Source: Geosiphon pyriformis uo1
Taxonomy: Eukaryota > Fungi > Glomeromycota
Assembly: GCA_016748015.1 (NCBI GenBank)
Contig: JAAOMT010000591.1
Coordinates: 323,532 to 387,531, forward strand
Length of the DNA stretch: 64,000 bases
Direction of reading: 5' to 3'
The notes beneath the pieces were generated by a model, which was not told the origin of the DNA, did not search any database, and saw nothing but the letters and a program-made list of their open reading frames with translations. The position numbers and the translations under genes were made by a program. Of the stretch, positions 12,450 to 26,569 are shown one piece after another (within the stretch, counting starts at the first letter, position 1; each line of letters opens with the position of its first letter).

Positions 12450-13893
12450 ATGTCTCCACCGACTGGTAAAACGAAATCAGAGTCAGGACTGGCTCGTTTA
12501 ATCGGATCTGGAACCTCGGGTTTACTCGAGCTATTCTTATTTCATCCGGTGGACACTGTTGCCAAACGGTTAATGACCAATACCAATAAAGTAAGTTTAT
12601 ACACCCTCTTTAAATCCAGCTTTTCTATACAGGAGATATGAAGAAGACTATTGAATTTATAATTTTCTTTCCAAATAGGTCTTTGTACCTGGAGCACCTT
12701 TATCACAAGCAATGGTAAATTTGAATCAAGCTATATTCCAGGTAAATTATTAAATGATTTTCGACTTGTAAATAGATCAATGTTACTGAATGATGTCTTC
12801 TTCTCTCATTTTCCTTCCAGAAAAAAGCTGCCGCTTCAATTACTCGTAAATATACTTCATTATTTCCCGGTCTAGGATATGCGACCGCATACAAAGTCCT
12901 GCAACGTATTTATAAGTACGGCGGACAACCATACGTAAAAGATTATATAAATACGCAGCATCGTAGCGTGTTTTATAACACTTTTGGGGAAAAAACCGGC
13001 AAAACCATGATCCACGCTACCGCAGGAAGGTATGTTTTCAATTACCTCAATTAAATGAATAATCAATCGCACGATTTCCCTTCTTTGATAAATCATATGG
13101 TTGAACTTTTGAAAGTTTGATCGGTGTTGGTGAAATTGCCTTGCTGCCATTTGACGTATTAAAAATCAAGCGTCAAACAGCGCCAGAAACTCTTGCTGGT
13201 CGGAATGCATTTCGAATTTTCTACGAAGAAGGATTCGGATTATATAGGTGGGTTTATCGTTTTCAGATTTGTGGAAAATGATTACTATGGTAAAAACACG
13301 ATCAAAATTGTCTCAACCCAATTTTACAAAGAGGTGCTCTCTGGACAGCTGCTCGAAATGCCCCCGGGAGTTTTGCATTGGTAATTTGGATTCAAATTTT
13401 AATGTGAAATAAATATCTGATATTCTTTATTAATCTTTTTTTCTTTAGTTTGGTGGATCAGCCTTCACGAAAGAGTATATTTTTGGATTAAAAGATTATA
13501 ACAAAGCGACCTTCTTCCAAAACTTTTGTGCCTCGATTTGCGGGGCTACAGCCTCTATCACTGTCGCACAACCACTCGACATAGTGAAAACGCGAATTCA
13601 GAAACGACCTTTTGACGCCCCTGAGAGTGGCATGCGTATTCTCACCGATATGATTAAGAGAGAAGGTCCCAATTTCTATTTCAAACTTTACAGTTTCACG
13701 ATAAATAGTCACTCTAATATTAATTTTTTTCTTCACAGGTCCAAGTTCCTTTGTCAAAGGTCTTACTCCAAAATTGATTGTGGTTGGACCTAAATTGGTA
13801 TTCTCATTCACTGTTGCACAACAGTTGATTCCGTTCCTTGATAGCTTTTTCATTGCGAAAGGAATCACGAGTCCTACGCCTATATCATCTTAA
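12450..13893 (+). CDS. GGC1: Mitochondrial GTP/GDP carrier (Ggc1/Yhm1). Exons 12450-12590, 12679-12741, 12821-13029, 13116-13247, 13332-13380, 13449-13665, 13739-13893
   Basis: Spliced translation contains SGLARLIGSGTSGLLELFLFHPVDTVAKRLM, SLFPGLGYATAYKVLQRIYKYGGQP, GEIALLPFDVLKIKRQ, WTAARNAPGSFALFGG and KGLTPKLIVVGPKL. All six introns are GT-AG and preserve frame. Confidence 0.93.
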
Positions 13894-15741
13894 GACCAAT
13901 CATATCAACTTGACAGTTGTAATTGGCTAGAGTATGCGAAATATATAAAGCTCAGAAGTCCCCTAATTCATTTTGATATTTCATGAATATAATCTTCCCA
14001 CCCAGTTTATGGTCCGCATGTTTGAAAAAAGCATTTGGCATTTTGAAATTAATAGAATGAGCAACTCTTAAATTTTCGCATTTAAATTTATTATATTAAA
14101 TTCTGAATATTCCTTTTGATCTTAATTAGCTAAAAATATGTTGTTGATTCAAGTAAATCTGATAATGTTGGTATTAATAGTTTAAGTAAGTGAAATATTG
14201 TTGCTGGTGTCAATAATACAAATAAGTCAAATGTTATTGGTGTTAAGAATTCAGGTAAATAAAATGTTGGTTTAAAATTTATTTTTTATATTATTTAACA
14301 ATAAAATTTATTATTATTAATAAAATAAATTGAAATTAATTAGTTTAAAAACAGCTTAATATTAAATTTTTAAAATCCATTATTATTAAAATTAGATATT
14401 TTGAAAATTTTGAAAATTTTTTACATCCAAAAAACCAGAAATAATTGTTAAAAATACAACAAAAATTGCTAAACAAATAAATAAAATAATTGTTTATTTT
14501 ATGAATAAAGCCCAATTATTATTTAATACAATTTAACTACTTAAAGTTTTAAATTAAATATACAGTAGAATTTTTAATAACTAATATTCTTATAAGTAAA
14601 AACCTATAATAACTAATAAATTAACTAATTTTAAAAGCAATTAAATAATAATAATCAATAATTTTTTATTAAATAATAACTAATAATTTTTAATAAAATT
14701 TCTTATATATATTAATTTAAAGAAATAAAATTTTTTAATATTATTTTGGGCTCTCAAAATTGTTATTAGATTATAATAAACTTTAACTATGTTTTAATTA
14801 GTCAATTTAATATAAATTTTTGCTTTAGAAATAAGATTTACAATTTTCTTAGCATTAAATAAATCTTTAATACTTAGTTGTTTAATACATAATATCAAAG
14901 TTTCTATGACTTTTTTTTTTGTTTTTGTTTTAATTTAATATTATGTGCTGTTTTTATTAGATTAAAATAATATTAACAATTTTAAATAATATATATGCTA
15001 ATATTAAATCAATATTTTTGAATTTAATAAATTATTTAAAATAAATTATTATGATAAAAATTTTTATATTTAATATTATATTGGTTAACAATATATACAA
15101 ACTGATAAGTATTATAAAATTACTTAAATATTGTAATAATATTAATATTTATTGATTGTATTTTATATGTTGTATTTAGAAAAAACATAGTACTATTACA
15201 AATAAATTTTTTTGAATAAATTAGTAATTTTTATAATTTGGTACTTAGATTTATCATAATATATTTTAAAAAATTATATTAAAGTTTTTTGTATAATAAA
15301 CAAAAATTTATTTAATAATAATTAATAATAGACTTGATAATTTTTTTAACTTAATAACTAATTTATTTTGGTATTTGCACTTTTCTAATAAGCAATCTTA
15401 ATTTTTTAACTATGAATACATTTTTTTTAGTATCTTTTATCCAACAATTCTTGATGTTATAATCTTAAATACTCTTTTACAATAAGTTAGTAATTCACAA
15501 TAAATATAACTATTAAAATAATAAAATAATAATTAATATTTTGTTAATAGTTATAATTAAAAGTTATTGTTTTAGTATTATTAAGTAACTATTATATATG
15601 CTAATAATATTAATATTATAATAATATAAGTTTTAACAGAATAATTTTGAATTCATTAATTAATAAATAAGATAAAAAATTTAATTAATTTGTAATTATT
15701 AATAAAAGTAGAAATAATTAGACTAATCTTAAAATAAGCTT

Positions 15742-18022
15742 GTTTTGTTGTTGTTGTTGTTATTGTTTTTTATTAAATTTAATAAGCAAGACCCAACCAC
15801 TATCTAAAAATTAGAAATAAACTAAGTGTTCTAGTGCTAAATATAGTTCATATACTTTCTATATATAATCAGCTATTTAAGCCAGTTTAGGCTATACTAA
15901 GTTAATACAGCAGAAAAAAACTTACTCAAAGATAATATTTTTTGAATAACATTAAATAAAGTAACACTACAAAAAACCAATTCAACCAGCTATTCAGTTG
16001 TTTTTAAAGAGTTAGTTTTAATACTAACAGATTTATGTGTCCAAAAAAACATTAATTTAGAAAACATATTATTATTTATGTCAATAAAATACTTCAAATT
16101 ACCAAACATATCAACATTGTTTATGTAACACTTTTTTTTAAAAAAACCACTTTTTTTTCCAACTTATTAACAACTTTGCTAAAAAAACTTAAATAAATTA
16201 TAAGCTTATTGATCTTTAAACTAAAAATACTGCTTAAAATAAGATTACTCTTAATAAAATGTTTAAATACAGTAATCAATATATTAATAGGTTTAATAAT
16301 TAATTTAACCAAAGCCAACAACTTAATCAAATCAAATTTCAAAGACACTAGTTGAAAGGAAAACAGAAAATTACCAATAACAACAGAAAAAAAAACAAAA
16401 ACTTCCAAAAAAAAAATTCAGAAGAATCTGAATAAACAGAGACCTTAGCATAAAAAACATTACTTGCAAAACATGATTTGAATATCTTGGAAGCCATAAA
16501 AGAAAAAAGCAGAAAAACTGTGCAATTTGCAGCCAAATGACCCATTTTTTGGCATTTAAAACAGCACTAACAATTAGGAGTTTTTTACCAAATATGACAT
16601 TTTCATAGTGTACTAGTCTTAACAACTGCAGAATTCAAATCAACTTAAGAGCCAAATATAATCAGAGCAAACTGGAAATAATAATCAGAATTAGATAAAT
16701 GAAAAATAAAATAAGTCTAACTACTAACTTGAAAAATCATATTACTAATCTCAAAAGCAGTACAGCCAAAAAAAAGATTGACCAACTTGGCCTTAAATTT
16801 ATTATAAAACAAAATAGTATTTTTTTAATTTACAAAAGAAAAAATCCAAACACTATTTTTGTCTACTAATACTGACTAGTAATTAAAAGTAAATGCAGCA
16901 GTATCTAATTCATTAAAGTAAACAATTATGTATTGTCAAACACCAATAGGCTTTAGCACAACACAAAAAACTTTACCAAAAACACTAAAAACTAACTTAA
17001 TATTAATAACAGACACACTTAAGAGTATATTATACAGTATAACAACAGCAAAAAAAAAACCAAACTCAGAAACTACCAAAGACTTGGCAATTTTAAGAGT
17101 GATAAGACAAACAAAGCTTGTAAGCTTAATCAGAAATATAGTATCCAAAGAACTTTGGAAAGCAAACTTCATACAGAAAAGCTTTATATTGTCTTTTAAT
17201 ACTGACTTTGCATCCAAGAAATCATGTACAAACCAAAAAACAGCCTTAATATAAGCCAATTTAATCTTGAAAGTATCATCAGACACTAAAATAGAGACCA
17301 CCTACTCAATAAATCTTTGATGACTAATAATAATTTTCTAAGTATTATCAATGACAGCACCAAAAACCAAAAAAAATGACTCAGTTTCTATTTAATTAGC
17401 CCAGTTTTTAAAAACATGTTATTTAATAGAAGATAGTTGTTTTGCTTCTAAAATTGGCAAAAATCTGCCAAAAGACATTATATTTAACAATACAGTCAGT
17501 GGTTAATCTTGGCTTATCTTGGATGATATATTAGATAATGCAGTAGAAATCTCAACTAAAATCTCAATTGAAATCACAAAGAAATTCAGTGTAATAATAG
17601 CAAAGGCAAATAACTGTTTCCACTTTTTTGAAACTTTGGTTTTTTTGACCATTTTAATTAAAAAAGTAGTACTAAAAACACCAAGTATAAAAGCTATAAT
17701 AGAGAAAACCAACTTGTTAACTGGTTTGCTATTAAAAATCTTTGGGCTCTTGAAAAAAGTAAAGACAATATTAGAACTAATCCAAATGTGTCTTTTTAAG
17801 AAAACTCTGACTGGTAAAAAACCAGTCAAAAATAAAAAAGATGTTTCAATGATTACCAAAGACAGCTTTTCACTATTAATATCTAAAAAAAATATAATTA
17901 AAACATTATGTTTAGTTCTTCAATAACAGAAAAACTTTTTTACATTGAAATTTTATTAGTTACTATAGAAAAAGTAATGAGTACAGCTTTTTTACTTTTT
18001 GCTTTGGTTATAGTCATAAAAT
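15742..18022 (-). mobile_element. ORF1-only non-LTR retroelement, copy 3 (older, inverted)
   Basis: Minus-strand ORF remnants (17503-17859, 16936-17301, 16348-16545 GHLAANC, 16121-16408) match copies 1 and 2. A/AAC-rich tail at ~15742-15772. Confidence 0.78.
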
Positions 18023-19173
18023 TTTTGTTTTTGTTGTTTTGTTTAAATAATTAATTAGTATTTTTTTGCTTTTTATTATTTTTGCTATATATACATAAAT
18101 TTTTATAATACAAAATTTTTGAAATTTTTATAATTTTTTTGAGTTATTGCTAAAATTTCTGAAATTTCTACTAGTATTTTTGAAATTTTTGGTATTATAT
18201 GTTTTAATAATTTTCTATTTTGCTATTGGTTATTTATATTATTATTATTTTTGTGTTTTTATATGAGTAATATTATCTTTTTTTTTAATATTAAGCTTTT
18301 ACAAAATTTTTAGTTTTTTTTTTGAATAAATTACATATTTTTTTTTCTATTATGATTTTGAAAACTTATATTTTCAGCTTTTTAAATTAAAAATTGTTTA
18401 TTTTTTTCAGCTGTTTTACTATTAAATTTTTTAATATTAAATGTAATAGTATTTTATAAAATTTATAAAATATCATATATAGTTGGTAAATTGCTTTTAA
18501 ATGAGTTATTAAGTTGTTTTTTCTAATAAAATGTTTTACTTATTGTATTATTTTTTTGTTAAACATCTATTTGGAATTATTAATATATATTATTTGAATG
18601 TTTAATTATTGTTTTAAGTAGTAATAGCAATATGCTATTGAAAACTGTTTTTTTTAATTCTTTTAGTCTTTTTTATTGGTTTTTCTGGTTAAATATTTGT
18701 TACTAAATTTTTAAAAGTTTTTTTTTACTTTTCCAATAAATTTTTTTACATAGTTATTTTTTTGTTTTTAAGTTTTGCTGTATGAAATTTTCTTAGCTGT
18801 TCTGTTTTTTTGAGTATTTTTATAACAAATTTTTTATTTGTTGACTGTTATTTCTATGTTTAAGTTTTTAGTCTTTAATATTTAAAATAATTATTATATT
18901 ATTATATATATTTTATTTATTATTTTCATTTTTTGTTTTGTTTGTTATATGTTCTGATTATATATTTATAACAATTTTTAGTTTTATAATATAATAATAA
19001 TTGGTTTAATTAGTATTTTTTGTGCTTTTAATTAAAATATATTAAAAATTGTTAATGTTTTACTATAATATAATTTTAGTTAATTTTTATGTGCTGCTTT
19101 GGTCAAGATTTTGTTTTTAGTTTTAGTTTGTATAATTTATTTCCAAGTATTTTTTCAATTTAGAATAATTTAT

Positions 19174-20115
19174 TGTTATTCAAGTAAAAAAACTGATTTA
19201 AAACTGTTAAAAAACATAATAACTACATAAAAATATAAATTAATATAAATTAATACAAAGTAATATATAATAATATAAAATAATATAAAATAATACACAA
19301 TAATACAAAATAGCACAAAAAAATTAGTAATAATATGAGATAACTAATTATAATATAAAAAAATAAGACAATAACTAAAATAATGAATAATAACTAATAA
19401 TAATAAGCAATAAGTTTAGTAAATAGAAAAAAACAGATCAAACAAGAATTAAATTAATATTTTTATTTACTCTTAGTTTTAGAAACTCTTTTTTTTTTTA
19501 TATTTCAAATTTACCAAATAAAATATTATTGTTTAATTTACAAGTTTATAATTTTAATATTTTAATTGTCAAAAATTGATTAATTGTTTTTACTTATCTT
19601 TATTTTAGACCTAATATAATTAACATAAATGCTTTTAGAATCTTAATAACTTGAACTAATTACTTTTGATTACTGTAATTAATAAAATATTAATTTTTAT
19701 TTATTTTTTTTATTTATTTTTTATTTTTTTATTTTTTATAGAATGATAACATTAAAAATTAACTGTTTTAAAATTAGACTTTATAATAGCCTGGTAAAAA
19801 AAAAGAAGGTTTTTCTAAGTTTAAATATTAATTTTATCTTGTTAGTTTATTAAAAAGGCAAAAAAACAATGTTAGACTTTAATAATTGTGCTTAACTAGC
19901 TTAAAAAACACAATTATAATAACACAATTAAAAAAACAATATCTCTGTAACTTATAACAAAAGAATTTAATAAATAAAACTTTAAACAAGAAAATTTTTA
20001 AAGACTAATAACTTATTTTACTATTAAAACCACTTTATTTAAAAATTATTTTTGCTTTTAGTAAATTATAAGCATCAAATATTACAATCATATTTTATTA
20101 AATTTATATATAATA
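19174..20115 (+). mobile_element. Solo LTR G (decayed) inserted in the integrase C-terminus of X
   Basis: tgttattc...tataata with TSD ttat/tcat (ancestral CCAT). Splits the host PKWDG|PFYIEE motif. Its U3 resembles 63752-64000. Confidence 0.65.
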
Positions 20116-21522
20116 TCATCTTACTTTGGGTCAAAGTATTTATTCTATTGGTTTTTATTTTTGTATAATATAATAATACTTTGTTTTTAATTTTAAATTT
20201 AGCTGGTTTGTTTAATAATTAACTATTATGTCTTTTTTTTTGTTTTTTTGTGACTCTTTAATACAATCAACTGCTTTTTTTTTGTTTTTCTAAGATTTTT
20301 ATTAAGTTATATGTTTGTTTTAATAATATTATTTAAAATGTGTTTTTTGTTATTGGTTTTATTAAATATATTACTATTTTTTTTTAGAGATATTATTATT
20401 TTGTTATATATTAATTTAAATAATATTATTTAAATAGTATTTTGCTTTATTATTTAATAAGCAAATAGTATTAATAATATAAATATGTTTTATTCTTTAT
20501 AGTTTTTTTAACTAATTTTAACTAATACTTTATATAATATTTTATTAAATTTTTTAACTAAGTTATTTGTTTGTAGATAATATAATAATAATAATAGTTT
20601 TTTGATTTCAAATTTTTGGTTTAATTTTGCTAATGTTTTGTTTACAAAATAGGTTCTTTAATTTGATAATAGTTTTTTTGAATATTTATGTTGACATATT
20701 AAGTTTTAATAAATAAATTTAACTACTAATTTTGCATTAGCTTTTTGTATAATTTTAGCTTTTGGTTATTTGATAAGATAATTTATAACAACAGCAATAT
20801 ATTAATTGTCTCTGCTTGTTATTAATAATAATTTTATTAAGTTAATTTTAATTTTATTAAATAATTGTTTAATTTTAATTAATCTTAGTGGTTTATTTTA
20901 TTTTATTTTATTTTTTCTTTAATAAGTATTGTAGTTTTGTATATATTGCTTTATATCTAAGTATACTGTTAATTAATAGTATAATTGTTTATTTTTTTTT
21001 AGTGTTAATTTTTAATTAAAATATTTTGTTGTTGAATCTGAGTACATATTAAATAATATTGTTTTTTTTTCTTGTTTTTTTACTACTTTTAATAATTGTT
21101 TTGATTTTGTTGGTTTTTTTAATATAGTATATTTTGTAATTAATATAATGTCTGATTTGTTGGTAAATATTATTTTGTTTATTTTAAGATAATTTTTTTT
21201 AAACTGTTTTGTAATAATATAATAAGCTAATTATTAATTCTTTTAAACATTCATGTTGGCAAATTAAATCTTAATACATAAATTTGGCTATTGTTTTAGC
21301 ATTTGTTACTTAAATAGCTCTGATTTTAGGCTATTTAGTTAAATAATCTATAACTACAATAATATAACAATTTTTTTTTAAATGTAATTAAGAAAAAACC
21401 AACCAAATCAATCTTAATTCTATCAAATAGATTTTCAACTAGAATAAATTAAAGTGGTTCTGTGGTTTTGGCTCTTTTTTTCTATTGACATAAGTCATAA
21501 TTAATAATATATTCAAAAATAT

Positions 21523-22176
21523 TGTTATGGTTGAAACTCATAATTTTTATTAGTTATCACATGTATTAGTCACTGATGTCATATAATTAGCCACTCTATT
21601 TTTAGATAGTGATCATTGACCTGATTAATGACCTGACCGTTGACCTGGTCATTGACCACTTTCAATAGCTATATAAGCAATGAGTCTCTTAGCTGTAGAA
21701 AATCATCTCTCAGACAAGAATCAAATAAATAAAAATAACAACTTTCATCTCAATCACTTTCTTATCACTAATTTCTCTTTCCCTACCTTCAAGTATCTGA
21801 ACATCTTTGAATAAAAGATTACTTGTTGGCCTTTTTCTGTTTGAATAATTGTAGTATTTGAAAATTATTTGAATAAACGTGACTGAAGAGCACAAATTGA
21901 TATCTGATATTGAATTCTAAGAGTGCCAACATGAGACATAGAATTATACTAGTGGTTATCAATTGTTGACAGTACGGACTATCCCTCTACCTTCAGATTC
22001 CCTTGTTACCTTTTGAAAAGAATAGCAACTGAAATATTTTATAAGACTGATCTCACACATTGAATCCATACTTATTTAATTTGCTCATTGAAGTTGAATC
22101 CCCTTTGATTATTTCCATTACCCTATAATCCTGTTCTTCCTTGCTATCCATTAGCTTGTTACTCCAACCCATAACA
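21523..22176 (+). repeat. Element A 5' LTR
   Basis: Direct repeat of 28506-29159. TGACC array in U3, TATA-like ctatataag at ~21669. Confidence 0.95.
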
Positions 22177-22182
22177 TAAAAG

Positions 22183-22201
22183 TGGTGCTCCCTGTGAGGT
22201 T
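22183..22201 (+). promoter_or_regulatory. Primer-binding site of A (elongator tRNA-Met or tRNA-Ile(UAU) type)
   Basis: TGGTGCTCCCTGTGAGGTT is complementary to a tRNA 3' end ...CCTCACAGGGAGCACCA. The tRNA identity is ambiguous. Confidence 0.75.
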
Positions 22202-22228
22202 GTCAAAATTCACTTATTCCCTCATTGT

Positions 22229-25200
22229 ATGGGTGATTACTCATATCTGCCACAGCAATCAGAAGAACACTTTGCAACACATAACAGAAACAACCTAGAT
22301 TTCATTGAACTTAATCCTCTGCCCTTCTGCTTGATCTGCTTCCCCCTTGAAGAACAATCCAGTAGACAATTCCAAGACTTTTGGAACTGGTTTTTGAATA
22401 AGCATTCAGCTGAAACCTACACAGCTTATACAACCTATTACTTTGACCAAGCTTATTTTGAAAACAACTTTGAAAAAAGAAACAACAGTATTAATCAGCT
22501 CTTATATTCTGCAACCTTTGAACAACAGCCCCTTGATTTCGAATATCTGAATTATCAAATCCACATTTGGATTGCTGTCCATCAAGCAACTGAAACTCCC
22601 TTTGAAACAGAAGAAGAAAGCTACCAAACTGCCCCTGTTTTTGACCTTTTATCAAGCGAATCAGACTCGTCTATACAAACAGTTACCTCTGAACCAATGG
22701 CTAATGACTCCATGCAAACAAACATTCTGGCCACTCTTCAAGGTATACAAACTGCTCTAGAAAGAAGAAACAATACCCCACTACTATTATTTAGAGGTGA
22801 TGTACAAGATCCAATTGAATGGTTGGATGATTTTGAGAGAACTGCCACAGCCAACCAGTATAATGAAGAATACAAGTTCTAAATTGTTGGTGGCTACCTC
22901 CAAGGCTCTCCTGCTATCTGGTTCTCACAAGAAACAGATGCCAATGCTCAACACAAAATAATCAGATGGACACCAATCAATGCTGGAAAAGAAAATACCT
23001 CTTTCACTACCCGATTTGAGGCCAAGTTCAGAACCCCAATATTAATATCCAAATGGCGCATAAAATTGGAAAGAAGAACCCAAGGCCCTGAAGAAGTAGT
23101 GACTGAATATGCCAAAGCTATTAGAAAGCTAATCAAACATGTAGACTCTGAGAGAAACTGGACAGAAGAACAAAAGATTCATTTCTTCACAAAAAGATTG
23201 AGAACTGATTTATTTTATGCTTTTTGGCCTCTCTTGGCCTTAAAAAACAACTCTACAATAAACATGGCTATTGAACTTGCCCAATGAATTAAAGACAACC
23301 AAAGAATACATTTGGAATCTACACTTCCAGTTTTTGCTCCTGCTCCTGTTATGGCTCCTGCTCCTCAAATGGCTGCTGCTTCTTTTGCTGCCCAAACTCA
23401 AGATCCAAATGAACAATTAATTGATAGACTTACAGCCAATCTTGCCTGGTTATTAGAACCTTTGGCACAAGCAGTCAAAGATAACTAGCAACCACCAAGA
23501 CTTAGATATGAACCTCGTTTTAACCAGCCTCAGCAACCTCCCTATCAAAGACAGCAAAATTGTGACCCACCTGTGTGCTATCATTGTGGATTAACTGGAC
23601 ATTATTTAAGAGATTGTAACAATCTTTTACTGCCTCCTCTAGCTCCCAGAAACAATGACAACCAAAACAAGACCCAACAACAACAACAACAATGTCCCCA
23701 ATCAAAGACCCAATTATGCCAATATCAATTTCTTTGGAGAGGGTCCTTTAGTTGAAGCCACTGTTTATCAGCCTTTAAACTGGTAGGTGCATCTCTAAAG
23801 GGTGAGAGTGCAAGCCAACCAGAAGAAAACCCCTTTTACACTTTTAACTTAATTGATGATAACCATGACATGAATGAACTAGCAATCAACATCTCAGAAC
23901 CAACCAGAAAGAAGAAGAAAGCCAAGGTTGATTTCGTTTTAGACTCCAACAAAGCCTCAACTTCTGCTGCTGATAACAATAAGCCACCAAAGGCTAAAGT
24001 CTTTAAAAATCCCTCAAAGTTGGAACCCTCAGAAATTGTACAAAAATCTGGACCCTATTCCGTTGTCAAAGATCTCATGGAAACTCCAGCACATATTATC
24101 TTTGGCCAGTTAATGACCCACTCACAGTTCAGAAAGGATCTTCACAAATCCTTGATCCCAAAGAAAAAGACACCAAAAACCAACAAGTGTTCTTGCCAAG
24201 CTGGACTTGCTGACAACAGCAATGTTACCCCTTTGATTTGTAAGACCCAAGTGGCTGGATACTTCATTGACTTAATTCTGAACAGTGGATCATCTGTTAG
24301 TGTTATTGCCAAACACTTCTTGGAAGCAATTAGTAGAAAGATTGATGAACCTTCCACCAAACCATTGACCAATGTACATGGTGACAAAAAGAAAGGACTG
24401 AGTATTGCCAAAGCTATTCTTGTCTGCATTAATAGAATCAGCATTGAAACTGACATAGAAGTTTCTAAAACCAAGGAATACACCATCATTGTTGGCAATG
24501 AATGATTCAAGAAAGCAAAAGCTTTGCTTGATTATGAACTTTGTGAATTAACCATCAGATGTGGTGAGAAACCCATTGTGGTTAAGTGTCACCATTAGAC
24601 AACTCCACCAGTACTCAAACAAAACCAAGAAGAAGAACAATCAGATGAATCAGATGATGAAGAGAGCAATGAAGAAAAAGAACAAGAAGAAACTGCTGAA
24701 CTCACCTATACCATCTTCACCAACAATGGCAAACTACTGGACAATGTTAAAGCAGACAAAGAAGGAATCATTGTAAATGGCAAGCTAATCTGCTGGCCTT
24801 ATTATGATATTCTTAGAAGAACCTTTGAAAGAAAACCTGGCAAGAAAGCCAAATACAGTTTTTGGTGGCATGGTCCTTGTGCCCAGTGTTGGTGCAACAA
24901 ACCCTTGTATTCTCCAAGCAATGAATGCAAATTATGCCTGATCTATTACAGAGATTGGGAACCAATCAGTTTGATACTCAGAGAAGAATTGAAAGAAGTA
25001 CAAAAGTCCTTTGAGAATAAACCATCTGAGATCCAATTACTGATTGTAGAACAAAAAGAACTCTTCTCAGAAGAAAGAAAAATAGACATTGAAAATTTGC
25101 TGGCTAAAAATAGCCCAGTTATTTTCAAAGAAGGTGATACCCTTGGATGTATCCATGTGATACAACACACCATTACTATCAGAAAAACTTGACCCATCTA

Positions 25201-26569
25201 TTTGAAGCCTTATCAATCCAATTAGCACAATGATGAGTTTATCAAGAAAGAAATAAACCCAATGAAAAAACTTGAATTCATACAAGAAACCAAGAGTGAA
25301 TGGGCTTTCCCAGTTGTAGTGGTATTCAAGAAAGATGGAACACTATGCTTCTGTGTCGACTATTGCCAATTAAATGCCATCACTGAAAGAGACATGTACC
25401 TACTTCCTAAGATTGATGCAATGTTAGACCAATTCAAAGATGCTGCTTTTTTCTCAACTATTAACTTAACTGCTGGATTCTGGCAAGTAAAGATGGATCC
25501 AAAAAGCAGAAAAAAAACTGCCTTCATCACCAAGTATGGCACTTATAAATTTACAGTCATGCTCTTTGGTCTCACCAATGCCCTTTCCACCTTTCAATGC
25601 TTAATGAATAAAGTATTTGAATCAGTCAAGGAAAACTTTGTTCTAGTCTATTTGGATGACATAATAGTATACTCAAAAACCTGGGATGAATACTTGGAAT
25701 ATTTGCAAAAGGGTTTTGACCTCCTTAGAAATGCTGGCCTTAAGATCAACCCAATCAAATCTTTCTTTGGAAGACAATCCACCCAGTTCCTTGGTTATCT
25801 TATCACAAAAGATGGAATCTTTCCTGACCCAGCGAAAGTTGAAAAAGTCCAAAACATCAAACAACCAATGAACATTCATGAACTACACTTTTTTCTTGAT
25901 TTGGCCTCTTATTATTGCAAATTTGTCAAGGATTTCTCCAAAATCGCCTCTTCTCTCAATCAGCTACTCAGAAAAAATGTCAATTACCATTGGAAAACAC
26001 ATCAGCAAAAAGCCTTTGAAACTTTAAAAGAAAAACTGGTTACAGAACTCATCCTCAAGCAACCTGATCTAGATCGACTCTTTATCCTCCACACTGATGT
26101 ATCTGGCTTTGGACTTGGTGCTGTTCTCTATCAGAAAGATGAAAATAGCAAAGAACATGCCATAGCCTATGCCAGTAGAACCCTTTCCCCAGCAGAACAG
26201 AACTATTCAGTCACTGAACAAGAATGCTTAGCAGTAGTATGATCTACCAGTTACTGAAGCAAGTATCTTCTTGGTGTGAAGTTTTTGGTGGTAACAGATC
26301 ACCAAGCTTTGGTTTGGCTGCACAACAAAAAGAGACTAGAACACAAATGAATAACTTGCTGAATACTCCACTTGGATGAATTTGACTATGATATTCAACA
26401 TTGCAAAGGAGCTAATCATCAAAATGCCGACACTCTCTCCAAACTTACATCTAGTGACAAAACAACCCTCTCAAACCAAACCAACTTAATTATTAGTAAT
26501 TCCCTCTTTTTTGACAAACACAATAATAAACTTGGACAACTACTCTGCCTTAATAGAATTTTTGGGTAA
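22229..26569 (+). pseudogene. A gag-protease-RT-RNaseH
   Basis: FRGDVQDPIEWLDDFE capsid, CYHCGLTGHYLRDC, LILNSGSS (protease, D>N), YLDD, FILHTDVSGFGLGAVL, NYSVTEQECLAVV. Mostly one frame with nonsense mutations. Confidence 0.92.

Noticed and set aside
14100-15740. AT-rich stretch with faint ~30-bp repeats at 14138-14270
   Set aside because: Too decayed to classify; probably an old TE remnant.
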